Assembly: GCA_050249615.1 (NCBI GenBank) | Contig: JBFWQE010000001.1 | Span: 35,483-99,482 of the forward strand | Length of the DNA: 64,000 nucleotides | Reading direction: 5' to 3' | DNA from: Vicinamibacterales bacterium | Lineage (GTDB): Bacteria > Acidobacteriota > Vicinamibacteria > Vicinamibacterales > UBA2999 | In this document: positions 8,998 to 19,413 of the stretch, in pieces | Numbering within the stretch: the first letter of the stretch is position 1 | Layout of the letters: each line of letters opens with the position of its first letter | Program-made: the position numbers and the translations under genes | Notes under the pieces: model-generated | Told to the model about the DNA's origin: nothing | Seen by the model: the letters and a program-made list of their open reading frames with translations, nothing else | The model's database searches: none

Positions 8998-10632
8998 ATG
9001 AGCATCCTTCGCGGTTTGGCCACATTCGTGGTAATCAGCCTGGTGGCGACCGCCCCTGCTTGGGCGCAGCCGGCCGACCAGGAGACCCGCCCCGCGAGCA
9101 GCACCATCATCGGCGACACTGGCCTCTGGTTCGTGCCTCTGGGTGAAACGCTTCCCAAGGGCAAGGTGTCCGGGATGGCGGCCCGCATCAACTTCGACCG
9201 GTCGGAGGGTTTCTCGGACATCTCGGACTTCAGCGGGATGTTCGCGTTCGGCGCCACGGATCGCATCGAGCTGTTCGGCGTCGTCGCGGTCCAGCGGCGC
9301 ATCGATGCCGATCGGCGCCCGGTCGCGGAAGGTGGCCAGCCGATGGACTACCCCATCAACGAGGGCTGGCAGACCGGGTTTGGAGACATCACCGTCGGCG
9401 CGAAGTTCAACGTCGTGTCGCAGGCCACCAACAACGGCGTGGCATTCGCGGTGCGCGGCGCGGTGAAGGTGCCGTCGGCCAGCTACGACGACGGTCTCGG
9501 CACGGGCAAGCCCGACTTCATCCTCGACGGCATCCTGAGCCGCGAGATCGGGTCGGTGGTGGACCTGGCCGGGTACGGCGGTGTGCGCTTCCGCACCAAC
9601 CCCGACGAGTACGAGCTGAGCCACGGCTTCCGTTACGGCGTCGGCGTGGGCTTCCCGAGCCGCTCCCGACTCAAAGCATTTGGCGAGCTGTCGGGCGAGT
9701 ACTACTTCGACAACACCGTCACCTTCACCGGGCCTCAGATCGCGGTGATCGGCGGCCCGCCGCGTTCGTGGGACGTGGATCGCCCGGCCGACGTGTTCCT
9801 CGGCCTGCAGTATCAGGCCGCCAACGGGTTCTACCTGGGCTCGGGCGTCACGGTGGGCCTCAATCACATCAAGCGCCAGGGCATCGCGGCCTTCTCCAGC
9901 AACGGCGGTGACCGCCTGGGGTTCAACGTGCGCCTTGGCTATCACCCGGGCGTGCGCTACTGGGCGCCCCCCCCGCCGCCCGCGCCGCCGCCGCCACCGC
10001 CGCCGCCCCCCGTCAACCGGCCGCCGACCGTCAAGGCGCGGTGCGAGCCCTGCACGGTGCAGGTGGGCCAGAGCTCGACCGTGACCGCCGATGCCAACGA
10101 TCCGGACGGGGACACGCTCACCTACCGGTGGACCGCGCCGACCGGAACGTTCGCGAATGCCGCGGACCGGCAGACGCAGTTCACCTGCCCCGCCCAGCCC
10201 GGCGCCGTGCCCGTGACGGTCACGGTGAACGACGGCAAGGGCGGCACCGCGAGCGACACGGTCACGATCCAGTGCACGCAGCCGCCGCGCAAGGAGTACA
10301 CGTTCGAGGACGTGCACTTCGACTTCGACCGCTACACGCTGCGGGCGGAGGCCACGCGCGTGCTGGACGAGGCCATCAAGGCAATGACCGAGGACAACAC
10401 GCTGCGCCTCACGGTCGAGGGCCACACCTGCAACATCGGCACGACCGAGTACAACCTGGCCCTCGGCGAGCGTCGCGCGGCCGCCGTGCGCGACTACCTC
10501 ACGGGCCGCGGCATCAGCGCGGATCGGCTCCAGACCGTCAGCTACGGTGAGGAGCGTCCGAAGCACGACAACAGCCGCGAGGAAACGCGCCGGCTGAACC
10601 GCCGCGCCGCGCTCACGGTTCGCCTGCAGTAG
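8998..10632 (+). CDS. OmpA-family outer membrane protein: beta-barrel + polyproline linker + Ig/PKD-like domain + OmpA_C peptidoglycan-binding domain
   Basis: Signal peptide MSILRGLATFVVISLVATAPAWAQ, linker PPPPPAPPPPPPPPPVNRPP, 'DPDGDTLTYRWTAP' Ig-like module, and C-terminal OmpA motif TCNIGTTEYNLALGERRAAAVRDYL...NRRA. Confidence 0.85.
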   Translation: MSILRGLATFVVISLVATAPAWAQPADQETRPASSTIIGDTGLWFVPLGETLPKGKVSGMAARINFDRSEGFSDISDFSGMFAFGATDRIELFGVVAVQRRIDADRRPVAEGGQPMDYPINEGWQTGFGDITVGAKFNVVSQATNNGVAFAVRGAVKVPSASYDDGLGTGKPDFILDGILSREIGSVVDLAGYGGVRFRTNPDEYELSHGFRYGVGVGFPSRSRLKAFGELSGEYYFDNTVTFTGPQIAVIGGPPRSWDVDRPADVFLGLQYQAANGFYLGSGVTVGLNHIKRQGIAAFSSNGGDRLGFNVRLGYHPGVRYWAPPPPPAPPPPPPPPPVNRPPTVKARCEPCTVQVGQSSTVTADANDPDGDTLTYRWTAPTGTFANAADRQTQFTCPAQPGAVPVTVTVNDGKGGTASDTVTIQCTQPPRKEYTFEDVHFDFDRYTLRAEATRVLDEAIKAMTEDNTLRLTVEGHTCNIGTTEYNLALGERRAAAVRDYLTGRGISADRLQTVSYGEERPKHDNSREETRRLNRRAALTVRLQ

Positions 10633-10653
10633 GCGGATCGTCGGCGAGAAGAC

Positions 10654-10687
10654 AAAGGGCGGGCTCCCTCACGGGGCCCGCCCTTTT
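10654..10687. terminator. Bidirectional intrinsic terminator between the convergent ompA-like gene and proS
   Basis: AAAGGGCGGGC-(11 nt)-GCCCGCCCTTTT. The A tract on one side and the T tract on the other allow function on both strands. Confidence 0.7.
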
Positions 10688-10690
10688 CGT

Positions 10691-10726
10691 CTTCGGGGAC
10701 TTGGCTTGGGGCTTGGGGCTTGGGGC
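10691..10726. repeat. Tandem 7-bp repeat CTTGGGG (3 perfect + about 2 degenerate copies)
   Basis: cttcgggg acttgg cttgggg cttgggg cttgggg c. Four G4 runs. The array lies between the terminator and the proS stop (10732). Confidence 0.85.
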
Positions 10727-10731
10727 GCGCG

Positions 10732-12198
10732 TCAGTAGGCCTTCGCGAACCACGGCGTCGCCACCGCAGGGCGTCCACACTTGATGCACGGTGCCGACGG
10801 GGGCTGCTCGAAGCCGAACGGGATGTTCCTGATGGTCGCCTGCGTCTCCGCCTTGATGTCGGCCTCGCACTGCGCATCGCCGCACCAGGGCGCCTGGACG
10901 AAGCCCGGGCGGCCCTCCATGACGGCCTTGAAGTCCTCGTAGCTCGTGGCCGCCGAGGTGTGGCTCTCGCGAAACGCCCGGGCTCGCTCCAGCAGCGTTG
11001 CCTGGATCTCGTCGAGCAACGAGGTGATGGCCGCCTCAATCCCGTCCATCGGGATCGCCTGCTTGGCACGCGTGTCGCGCCTGGCGGCGAACACCGACGA
11101 CTTCTCGATGTCCTTCGGGCCGATCTCCAGCCTGAGGGGCACGCCGCGCATCTCGTACTCCGAGAACTTCCACCCAGGCGTGTTGCTGTCGTCGGCGTCG
11201 AGCTTGACGCGGATGCCTGCCGCCTTCAGCCGGTCGCGGATCTCCTCGCACTTCGGGAGCACCGTCTCCTTCCAGTTGCCGCGGGGAATCGGCACGATCA
11301 CCACCTGCCAGGGAGCCACCCGCGGCGGGAGGATGAGGCCACTGTCGTCGCCGTGCGTCATGATCACGCCGCCGACCAGCCGCGTCGAGACGCCCCACGA
11401 CGTCGTCCATGCGTACTGGAGCGTCTTGTCCCGCCCCTGAAACTGGATCTCGAACGCCTTGGCGAAGTTCTGGCCCAGGTTGTGTGACGTGCCCGCCTGC
11501 AATGCGCGGCCGTCGCCCATCAGCGCCTCGATCGAGTACGTCTTCGAGGCACCGGCGAACTTCTCGCTCTCGCTCTTCTGCCCGTCCACAACAGGCATGG
11601 CCAGCACGTTCTCGCAGAACTCCTTGTAGAGCGCGAGGATCTTCAGGGTCTCCTCCTGGGCCTCGTCCGCCGTCTCATGGGCGGTGTGCCCCTCCTGCCA
11701 GAGGAACTCGGTGGTCCGCAGGAACGGCCGCGTCACCTTCTCCCAGCGGACGACGTTCGCCCACTGGTTGATGAGCACCGGCAGGTCGCGCCACGACTGG
11801 ATCCACTTCTGGTACATGACCCCGAAGATCGTCTCGGACGTCGGACGGACGATGAGCTTCTCCTCCAGGTCTTCCGTGCCGCCCTTCGTGACCCAGGCCA
11901 CCTGTGGCGCGAACCCCTCGACGTGCTGGGCCTCCTTCAGCAGCAGGCCTTCCGGGATGAACAGGGGAAAGTACGCATTGACGTGGCCGGTCGCCTTGAA
12001 ACGGTCATCGAGCTGCCGCTGGATCAGCTCCCAGATGGCGTACCCGTAGGGCCGGATCACCATGCAGCCCTTCACGGGCGAATAGTCGGCGAGCTCCGCC
12101 TTGCGAACCACATCCAGGTACCAGCGCGAGAAGTCCTCGGACTGGGGCGTGATCTCCTTGATGAACGCCTCTCCGGCCTTGCCTTGGTTGTTGCTCAT
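10732..12198 (-). CDS. proS: Proline--tRNA ligase (archaeal/eukaryote-like type, no insertion editing domain)
   Basis: Conserved class II ProRS sequence from MSNNQGKAGEAFIKEITPQSEDFSRWYLDVV to the C-terminal ...CIKCGRPAVATPWFAKAY. ATG 12196-12198 overlaps the nadB stop (ATGA). Confidence 0.92.
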   Translation of the reverse strand: MSNNQGKAGEAFIKEITPQSEDFSRWYLDVVRKAELADYSPVKGCMVIRPYGYAIWELIQRQLDDRFKATGHVNAYFPLFIPEGLLLKEAQHVEGFAPQVAWVTKGGTEDLEEKLIVRPTSETIFGVMYQKWIQSWRDLPVLINQWANVVRWEKVTRPFLRTTEFLWQEGHTAHETADEAQEETLKILALYKEFCENVLAMPVVDGQKSESEKFAGASKTYSIEALMGDGRALQAGTSHNLGQNFAKAFEIQFQGRDKTLQYAWTTSWGVSTRLVGGVIMTHGDDSGLILPPRVAPWQVVIVPIPRGNWKETVLPKCEEIRDRLKAAGIRVKLDADDSNTPGWKFSEYEMRGVPLRLEIGPKDIEKSSVFAARRDTRAKQAIPMDGIEAAITSLLDEIQATLLERARAFRESHTSAATSYEDFKAVMEGRPGFVQAPWCGDAQCEADIKAETQATIRNIPFGFEQPPSAPCIKCGRPAVATPWFAKAY

Positions 12199-13772
12199 AA
12201 GCTTCGGTGTCGGCTCCGCTCCACGATATGAGCCGACCAGTGTACATCGTCCCGCTCGGGGAAGTCCGAGCGGAAGTGCCCGCCACGGGACTCGGTCCGG
12301 CGGAGGGCAGCCCGCGCGATGAGCCAGCCCACGGTCACGAGGCTTCGCAGCCGCCAGTCCTGGTCCGAGCCAGCGCCCGCAGCCGGCGTGCCGAGCGCTG
12401 CACGGGCGGCTGCCAGGGCTTCCAAGGCGCGCTGGAGGCCTGTGCACTCACGCACGAGGCCGACCGCGTCCCACATCAGCTGCCGGATCCCGGCCTCGTC
12501 GCACGCGGACGGTCCGGCTGGACTGGCGGATGTGTCCTCGGGCACCTCGGTCCAGTCACGCGCCTCCGCGGCTATGGTGCCGGCCCGTGGGGGCTGCTGC
12601 ATGGCCGCTGCGGCGCGGGCGCCGAACACGAGTCCCTCGAGCAGCGAGTTGCTCGCGAGGCGGTTGGCGCCATGCACCCCGGTGCAAGCCACCTCGCCCG
12701 CCGCAAAGAGCCCTGGCAACGTCGTCCGTCCCCATAGGTCGCTCTCGACGCCGCCCATCACGTAGTGCGCGGCCGGGCCGACCGGGATGCGATCCCGTGC
12801 GAGATCCAGGCCCACGGCGCGACAGGCGGCCGATGCGGTCGGGAATCGCGCGTGCACCGTGGCCGCGTCCAGGTGCTGCAGCGACAGGAACACCGGCTGA
12901 CCGGTCCGGGCCACCTCGCGCGCGATGGCACGCGACACGCGATCGCGCGGCGCCAGGTCGCCGGCCGGCTCGTACCGCGAAGTGAATCGCTCACCGGCGG
13001 CGTTCACCAGACGCGCGCCTTCGCCCCGCAGCGCCTCGGAGAGGAGCACGCGAGGGGCGCCCGGGACGTTCAAGGCGGTCGGGTGAAACTGGATGAACTC
13101 CAGGTCCGCCACGCGGGCCCCTGCCTCCCAGGCGAGGCAGACCCCATCGCCGGTGGCAATGCTCGGGTTGGTCGTGTCGCTGAACACCTGACCTGCTCCA
13201 CCCGTCGCGAGCAGCACGGCCCGGGCGCGCACCTCGCCGGCCGTCGCACCGGCGTCGCCGCCGACGTAGCGGACGCCCGCGCAGGTGCCGCCCTCGACGA
13301 GGAGCGCCACGGCGCGGGTGTGATTCAGCACCTCGATACGGCCGGCCCGTCGTGCCCTGTCCCAGAGCGCCCGTCCGATCTCGCGCCCCGTCGCATCGGC
13401 GGCGTGGAGCACGCGCCTCACGGCGTGGGCCGCTTCACGCGCGAGGGCGATGGCGCCGTCGGGCGCGCGATCGAACCGCACGCCCCATTCGGTCAACTCG
13501 CGCACATAGCGCGGGCCCTCGTCCACCAGGACGCGGACGGCCGCTTCGGAGCAGAGGCCGTCGCCGGCGGCGATGGTATCGGCGAAGTGGAGGTCGGGGT
13601 GATCGTCCGGGCCCACCGCGGCGGCAATACCGCCCTGCGCGTATCCGGTGTTGCTCTCGGTGGGGTCGGCCTTGGTCAGCAGGATCACGTCGCCCCGGGC
13701 GGCGAGATCGACCGCGGCACGCAGGCCCGCAATGCCACTGCCGATGATGAGGAAATCCGCCCGCCGGTTCAC
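12195..13772 (-). CDS. nadB: L-aspartate oxidase
   Basis: FAD motif DFLIIGSGIAGLRAA, flavoprotein core, RTESRGGHFRSDFP near the C-terminus. GTG start. Confidence 0.9.
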   Translation of the reverse strand: MNRRADFLIIGSGIAGLRAAVDLAARGDVILLTKADPTESNTGYAQGGIAAAVGPDDHPDLHFADTIAAGDGLCSEAAVRVLVDEGPRYVRELTEWGVRFDRAPDGAIALAREAAHAVRRVLHAADATGREIGRALWDRARRAGRIEVLNHTRAVALLVEGGTCAGVRYVGGDAGATAGEVRARAVLLATGGAGQVFSDTTNPSIATGDGVCLAWEAGARVADLEFIQFHPTALNVPGAPRVLLSEALRGEGARLVNAAGERFTSRYEPAGDLAPRDRVSRAIAREVARTGQPVFLSLQHLDAATVHARFPTASAACRAVGLDLARDRIPVGPAAHYVMGGVESDLWGRTTLPGLFAAGEVACTGVHGANRLASNSLLEGLVFGARAAAAMQQPPRAGTIAAEARDWTEVPEDTSASPAGPSACDEAGIRQLMWDAVGLVRECTGLQRALEALAAARAALGTPAAGAGSDQDWRLRSLVTVGWLIARAALRRTESRGGHFRSDFPERDDVHWSAHIVERSRHRSL

Positions 13773-13796
13773 GGGATGCTATTCTACCTGTCCGTC

Positions 13797-14885
13797 ATGG
13801 CCGCGACGCGCATCGAGGTGGCTGCATCCGCGGGCGCCTATCCCGTCCTCGTCGGCGCCGGCGCACTCGACGGACTGGAGTCCCTGCTCGATGCCGAGGG
13901 ACTCGGCCCGCAGCGCCTCGTGGTTTCGAGCCCCGCGGTGTGGGCGCTGCAGGGCGAGCGTGTCCGGTCGATTCTCAAGGGCAAGGCCCGCGAGCCCGTG
14001 CTCGTGCCCGATGGCGAGCGCTCGAAGACGATCCAGACCGTCGGTCGCGTGTACGACGCCTTGATCAAGGCGTCCGCGGATCGGTCGGTGGTGATCGTCG
14101 CCCTCGGCGGCGGCGTCATCGGCGACCTGGTCGGGTTTGCCGCGGCCACGTACCTGCGCGGAGTCCGTCTCGTCCACCTGCCCACCACGCTCCTCGCGCA
14201 GGTCGACAGCGCCATCGGGGGAAAGGTCGGCGTCAACCATCCCCTGGGCAAGAACCTGATCGGCGCCTTCCACCCGCCGCGCCTGGTCGTGGTCGATCCG
14301 CTCGTCCTGTCGACCCTGCCGCGGCGCGAGTTCCGCGCGGGCCTGTACGAGGTCATCAAGTACGGCGTCATCGCCGACGCGGCGCTCTTCGCGCGCGTGC
14401 GCACGACGCGAGATGCCCTGTTCGCGCACGAGCCCGGCGCCCTCGAGTCCGTCGTCGGGTCGTCGTGCCGGATCAAGGCGGAGATCGTCTCGCGCGACGA
14501 GCGCGAGTCGGGCCTGCGGCGCATCCTGAACTTCGGCCATACCGTGGGCCATGCGCTGGAGGCGGCGACCGACTACCGGCGCTTCCGTCACGGCGAAGCC
14601 GTAGCGTACGGCATGCTGACCGCCGCCGCCCTCGGCGCCCGTCGCGGCATCACGGACGCGGACACGGCCAGCGCCATCAGGGACCTGGTCCTCGAACTCG
14701 GGCCGCTGCCGCCCGTCGCTGACTTGAAGGCCACCGACGTGGTGGCCGCCACCAGACGGGACAAGAAGGTCGTGGCCGGCACGCTCCATTTCATCGCGGC
14801 CACGCGGCTGGGCGCGACGACGGAGCTCACCGACGTCACCGAGAAGGAAATGAAGCAGGCCTTGCGCGGGATCGGGATCCGCTGA
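13797..14885 (+). CDS. aroB: 3-dehydroquinate synthase
   Basis: GGGVIGDLVGFAAATYLRGV, metal-binding NFGHTVGHALE...HGEAVAYGM. ATG at 13797 (alternative 13776). Divergent from nadB with only about 24 nt between the start codons. Confidence 0.9.
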   Translation: MAATRIEVAASAGAYPVLVGAGALDGLESLLDAEGLGPQRLVVSSPAVWALQGERVRSILKGKAREPVLVPDGERSKTIQTVGRVYDALIKASADRSVVIVALGGGVIGDLVGFAAATYLRGVRLVHLPTTLLAQVDSAIGGKVGVNHPLGKNLIGAFHPPRLVVVDPLVLSTLPRREFRAGLYEVIKYGVIADAALFARVRTTRDALFAHEPGALESVVGSSCRIKAEIVSRDERESGLRRILNFGHTVGHALEAATDYRRFRHGEAVAYGMLTAAALGARRGITDADTASAIRDLVLELGPLPPVADLKATDVVAATRRDKKVVAGTLHFIAATRLGATTELTDVTEKEMKQALRGIGIR

Positions 14886-14897
14886 CCGCCCTCACCG

Positions 14898-16313
<1,416 letters not shown>

Positions 16314-16315
16314 GG

Positions 16316-16888
16316 TCAGGACCGCAGCCAGCCTGGCGGCACGCCTGCCCGGCGCGCCTCGTCTTCGATGTCCGCGATAGCCTTGGTCTGCGCCTCGATG
16401 TCCTTCCGCACGCGATCGAGCTCCGCGAGCGCCTTGATGCGCTCCTGCTCGATGCCCGCGCGCTCCACCGGGTTGTCGCGGTTGATGAAGTCGGTCATCA
16501 GCGCGTCGATGCGGTTCTGCAGGGCGGTCGCAAACGTCCGGCTCCGCTCCAGCTGACTGCGCGCGTCGGTGATGCGACCGGACCAGTAGGCCTGATCCCG
16601 CTGAGGCGTGGCCGGCGCTCCGGGCGCCGCTGGGGCTCCCGTGTCGCCGCCGGGCTTCTCGGCCGCGGCGGTGGAGCCTTGGGCCGCCGCCCCTTCCGTT
16701 GCAGCAGGCGGCGGCGCGGGCTGCGAGAAGTCCGGCTTGAGATCGTCGTTGGTGTAGACCTTCGCCGGCTGCTGCTGGGTCTTCCGCCGGCTCTGTTCGG
16801 CCTTGGCGACCTCCGCCAGCGACTGCGCGTGCGCCCATCCGACCTGCGTAGCCAGGATCGCGGCGACGATAAGGACGCGGTACATCAT
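16316..16888 (-). CDS. Secreted hypothetical protein with Pro/Ala-rich linker and C-terminal coiled coil
   Basis: Signal peptide MMYRVLIVAAILATQVGWAHAQ, low-complexity PAPPPAATEGAAAQ, and a helical C-terminal half. I recognise no family. Confidence 0.55.
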   Translation of the reverse strand: MMYRVLIVAAILATQVGWAHAQSLAEVAKAEQSRRKTQQQPAKVYTNDDLKPDFSQPAPPPAATEGAAAQGSTAAAEKPGGDTGAPAAPGAPATPQRDQAYWSGRITDARSQLERSRTFATALQNRIDALMTDFINRDNPVERAGIEQERIKALAELDRVRKDIEAQTKAIADIEDEARRAGVPPGWLRS

Positions 16889-16919
16889 GGGCGGATCGTA
16901 CGACTCGGCGGCGACGAAA

Positions 16920-17633
16920 TCAAGGAACCGCCCGCCTCACATCGCGCCAGGATTGCACACGAATGCCGGGCAAGCAGCCGAAAGACGCCGCATCGGGCCG
17001 GCACACCCGAACCAGTTCGGCCTCGATGGCCCTCCGGCCTCCCGCTCGCCCGAAGGCATCGGCACGCACGCGCACCACGCCGTGGCCGGGCGCGTCCGCC
17101 AGTCCATCCCGCTCCGGATCCCCATCCACCTCGCGCCCATCATCGGCCACCCAGGCGATGATGTAGATGTGTCCGGTGAAGCGGTAGGCCGCGAAGCTGC
17201 GGAGGGGGCCATACAGGAATGGACGCCAGTGCGGATTGTCGGCGCCCCAGGGCCGATCCACGGTGACCGCCTGGAGGTCCGCCGGACCACAGCCGGCGGG
17301 CAGCCCGCAGTTGAGCACGTTGGTCTGCACGCCGAGATCCAGCGGATCGCCTGCCTCCGCCTGGCGCGTGCCCGACGGAGGGCCGTCGGCGCCCGGAGCC
17401 TGCACGGCGCCGGACAGCGCCTCGTTCCAATCCGGGGCCTGCGCCATGGCACGCGCGGCCAGCTCGATTCCCGCCTCGGCGGCCTGGAGCAGGGCGGCCG
17501 ACTCCCGGTGGTTGCGCACGGCGAGGTGATCCACCGAAACGATGAGCGAGAGCCCGAGGGCCAGGGTGAACACGATGCTGGTGATCAACAGGACGGTGAT
17601 GAGCGCGATGCCCCGCTTCGAGCATGGATGCAT
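16920..17633 (-). CDS. PilX_N/GspK-like minor pilus protein
   Basis: N-terminus MHPCSKRGIALITVLLITSIVFTLALGL matches the PilX N-terminal type. Multiple Cys. Start moved to ATG 17631-17633. Confidence 0.6.
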   Translation of the reverse strand: MHPCSKRGIALITVLLITSIVFTLALGLSLIVSVDHLAVRNHRESAALLQAAEAGIELAARAMAQAPDWNEALSGAVQAPGADGPPSGTRQAEAGDPLDLGVQTNVLNCGLPAGCGPADLQAVTVDRPWGADNPHWRPFLYGPLRSFAAYRFTGHIYIIAWVADDGREVDGDPERDGLADAPGHGVVRVRADAFGRAGGRRAIEAELVRVCRPDAASFGCLPGIRVQSWRDVRRAVP

Positions 17634-17644
17634 GGCCGGCCCCC

Positions 17645-18781
17645 TCAGCGGTTCAGCGCGATGCTGAGACTCAGCTCGCGATCCGCAACCCAGTGACGCG
17701 CGTCGGCAGCCGTGCCACCGCGGGCGAAGAGACGGCCCGCAGGCCCACGGAACGTCGCCGATCGCACCTCCACGCGCAGTCGCACGTCGAGGCGCCGGAT
17801 ACGGAACAAATCGGCATCGAACGCTCCTGCGAACCCGTCGCGCGGGCACCATGGTCCGTCGGCGAGATCGGCCGGCCCCAGGCGCGCCAGGCCCGCGAGG
17901 TCGGCCGTCCGATCCGCCAGGCGTGTCACCGGCAGGCCGCCGTTTCGCGCCGCCATGCAGTGTTCGCCGTCGCGCCAGTACCCGGTGTCGTCCACGGCGT
18001 CTGCCGCGGGCGGGTGCAGCCCATAGGTGGCCAGGCCCGGGCCCGTGGCCGCATCGCGCAGCCGCGGCGCCTCGGCCTGGCCCCACACGTCGAGGTCAAC
18101 CGCCGTCACGCCGTCGACAATCGGCTCGCGCGCGCCTGCCCAGGTGACGCGCATGAGCGTCCGGGAGCCGTCCGGCTGCCGGACCAGCCCAAAGCGGTCG
18201 GCCCTTGCCTCCACGACCCAGCTCCCCGCCGCGTACGCGTGGGACAGCGCCGCCGACGGCGTCACCTGGCCAAGCGACGGCGATACCGCGCCGACCTCGA
18301 ACATGTCGAAGTGTCCGCGGCCGTCGAACACGACGGCCTCGTCACCCACGTCGAGGCCGCACACGGCCGCCGTCAGCGGGCACGAGCCGCTCGCCATGTC
18401 GATCGTGAGCGCGGCGCCGGGTCCGGGCGCCGGCGTGAGGATCCGACCGCGGCCGCCCTCACCCACTGCGCCCAGCACCCAGAAGGCGGTAAACGTGGAG
18501 GATGGCCCGCCGTCGAGGTCGGTGAGCGGCCAGACGGCCGGAACGCTCGAGCCCAGCCAATCCACGCCATCCCCTGCCGCCAGCGCACCGCCCGCACTCC
18601 GGAGCGCGCTCGCCAGCGCGTCGGTCCCCTCGCGCAGCCGTCTCGCGGTGTCGAGCGCGGCGGGCTCCACCAGAAACGTCGAGCGCGCTGACGCGGCGAT
18701 CACCAAGGCACCGGCAACAACCAGCAGCGTGATTACCGTGGCGATCAGCAATTCCACGAGCGTGAACCCCCGCGCGCTCAT
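17645..18781 (-). CDS. PilW-like minor pilin (prepilin-type N-terminal cleavage/methylation domain), 378 aa
   Basis: MSARG|FTLVELLIATVITLLVVAGAL. The ATG overlaps the upstream stop (ATGA at 18778-18781). Confidence 0.7.
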   Translation of the reverse strand: MSARGFTLVELLIATVITLLVVAGALVIAASARSTFLVEPAALDTARRLREGTDALASALRSAGGALAAGDGVDWLGSSVPAVWPLTDLDGGPSSTFTAFWVLGAVGEGGRGRILTPAPGPGAALTIDMASGSCPLTAAVCGLDVGDEAVVFDGRGHFDMFEVGAVSPSLGQVTPSAALSHAYAAGSWVVEARADRFGLVRQPDGSRTLMRVTWAGAREPIVDGVTAVDLDVWGQAEAPRLRDAATGPGLATYGLHPPAADAVDDTGYWRDGEHCMAARNGGLPVTRLADRTADLAGLARLGPADLADGPWCPRDGFAGAFDADLFRIRRLDVRLRVEVRSATFRGPAGRLFARGGTAADARHWVADRELSLSIALNR

Positions 18782-19272
18782 GGCTGCCTCGTCCGAGCGG
18801 AGGCCAGGCACACGAGCGGTGGCGCTCCGGGTGGCGCGGGCCAGGCGAACGTGCAGACCTCGATGGCGCGGCTATTCGAGGCATCGCCGTTGAGCGGCAG
18901 CAGGGCCCACCGGCGGGCGAAGGCCGGTTGGACGTCACTGTCGCCATCCACGGGCGTGCCCGTGGCGTCCACGAGATCGGAGAAGCCCGCCACATTCCGG
19001 TCGAGGACATCCGGTGGGGAAAGGTCGAGTGCGCCCGCCTCGGGTTCGCCGCCTGCCAGGTCGTACGCCCATGGGACCGCCATCAGGGTTTCGAGGCGGC
19101 TGGTTGCCGCGGCCACGGCCATCGTCAACTGCTCGGCGGCCATGGCAAACCGGTGGGTCAGGAGGAAGAGGTAGGCGACGCCGCCCGCCAGCGTGAGGAG
19201 CAGGCTGGCGGCCACCACGGCCTCCACGAGGGTCGTGCCACGCTCGGATCCGCGCGTCCTGTCTGCTGTCAT
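18778..19272 (-). CDS. PilV-like minor pilin / pseudopilin
   Basis: MTADRTRGSERG|TTLVEAVVAASLLLTLAGG resembles a prepilin N-terminus. About 164 aa. Confidence 0.6.
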   Translation of the reverse strand: MTADRTRGSERGTTLVEAVVAASLLLTLAGGVAYLFLLTHRFAMAAEQLTMAVAAATSRLETLMAVPWAYDLAGGEPEAGALDLSPPDVLDRNVAGFSDLVDATGTPVDGDSDVQPAFARRWALLPLNGDASNSRAIEVCTFAWPAPPGAPPLVCLASARTRQP

Positions 19273-19413
19273 GCCACACGGGAGTGCAAGCGCCAGACCG
19301 CCGCCCGGGCGGTACCCTCGCGCGCGATCCACGCGGAAAACAGCCGGGGCCGCCGTGGCACGAGTCGTGTGGGGCGCAGAAACCGCGCGCCGCGCGGGAA
19401 GACGATCGCGCAG

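Noticed and set aside
10732-12447. N-terminally extended versions of several genes as given by the ORF track: proS 571 aa, VKOR-DsbA 476 aa, pilA 210 aa, pilT 680 aa, pilS 891 aa, ABC-2 permease 381 aa, VWA 645 aa, rpsM 153 aa.
   Set aside because: The extensions overlap the upstream gene, are Arg/Pro/Gly-rich, and precede internal ATG or GTG codons. Those internal starts give canonical N-termini, often with an SD or a 4-nt stop/start overlap.
19285-19300. A GG-N10-GC match (CGGTCTGGCGCTTGCA, minus strand) upstream of the pilV-like gene as a sigma-54 promoter for the minor-pilin operon.
   Set aside because: The -24 half is poor (only GG is conserved). The predicted start site would fall at or within 3 nt of the ATG, requiring a leaderless mRNA. 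Read-through from the upstream kinase gene is simpler.
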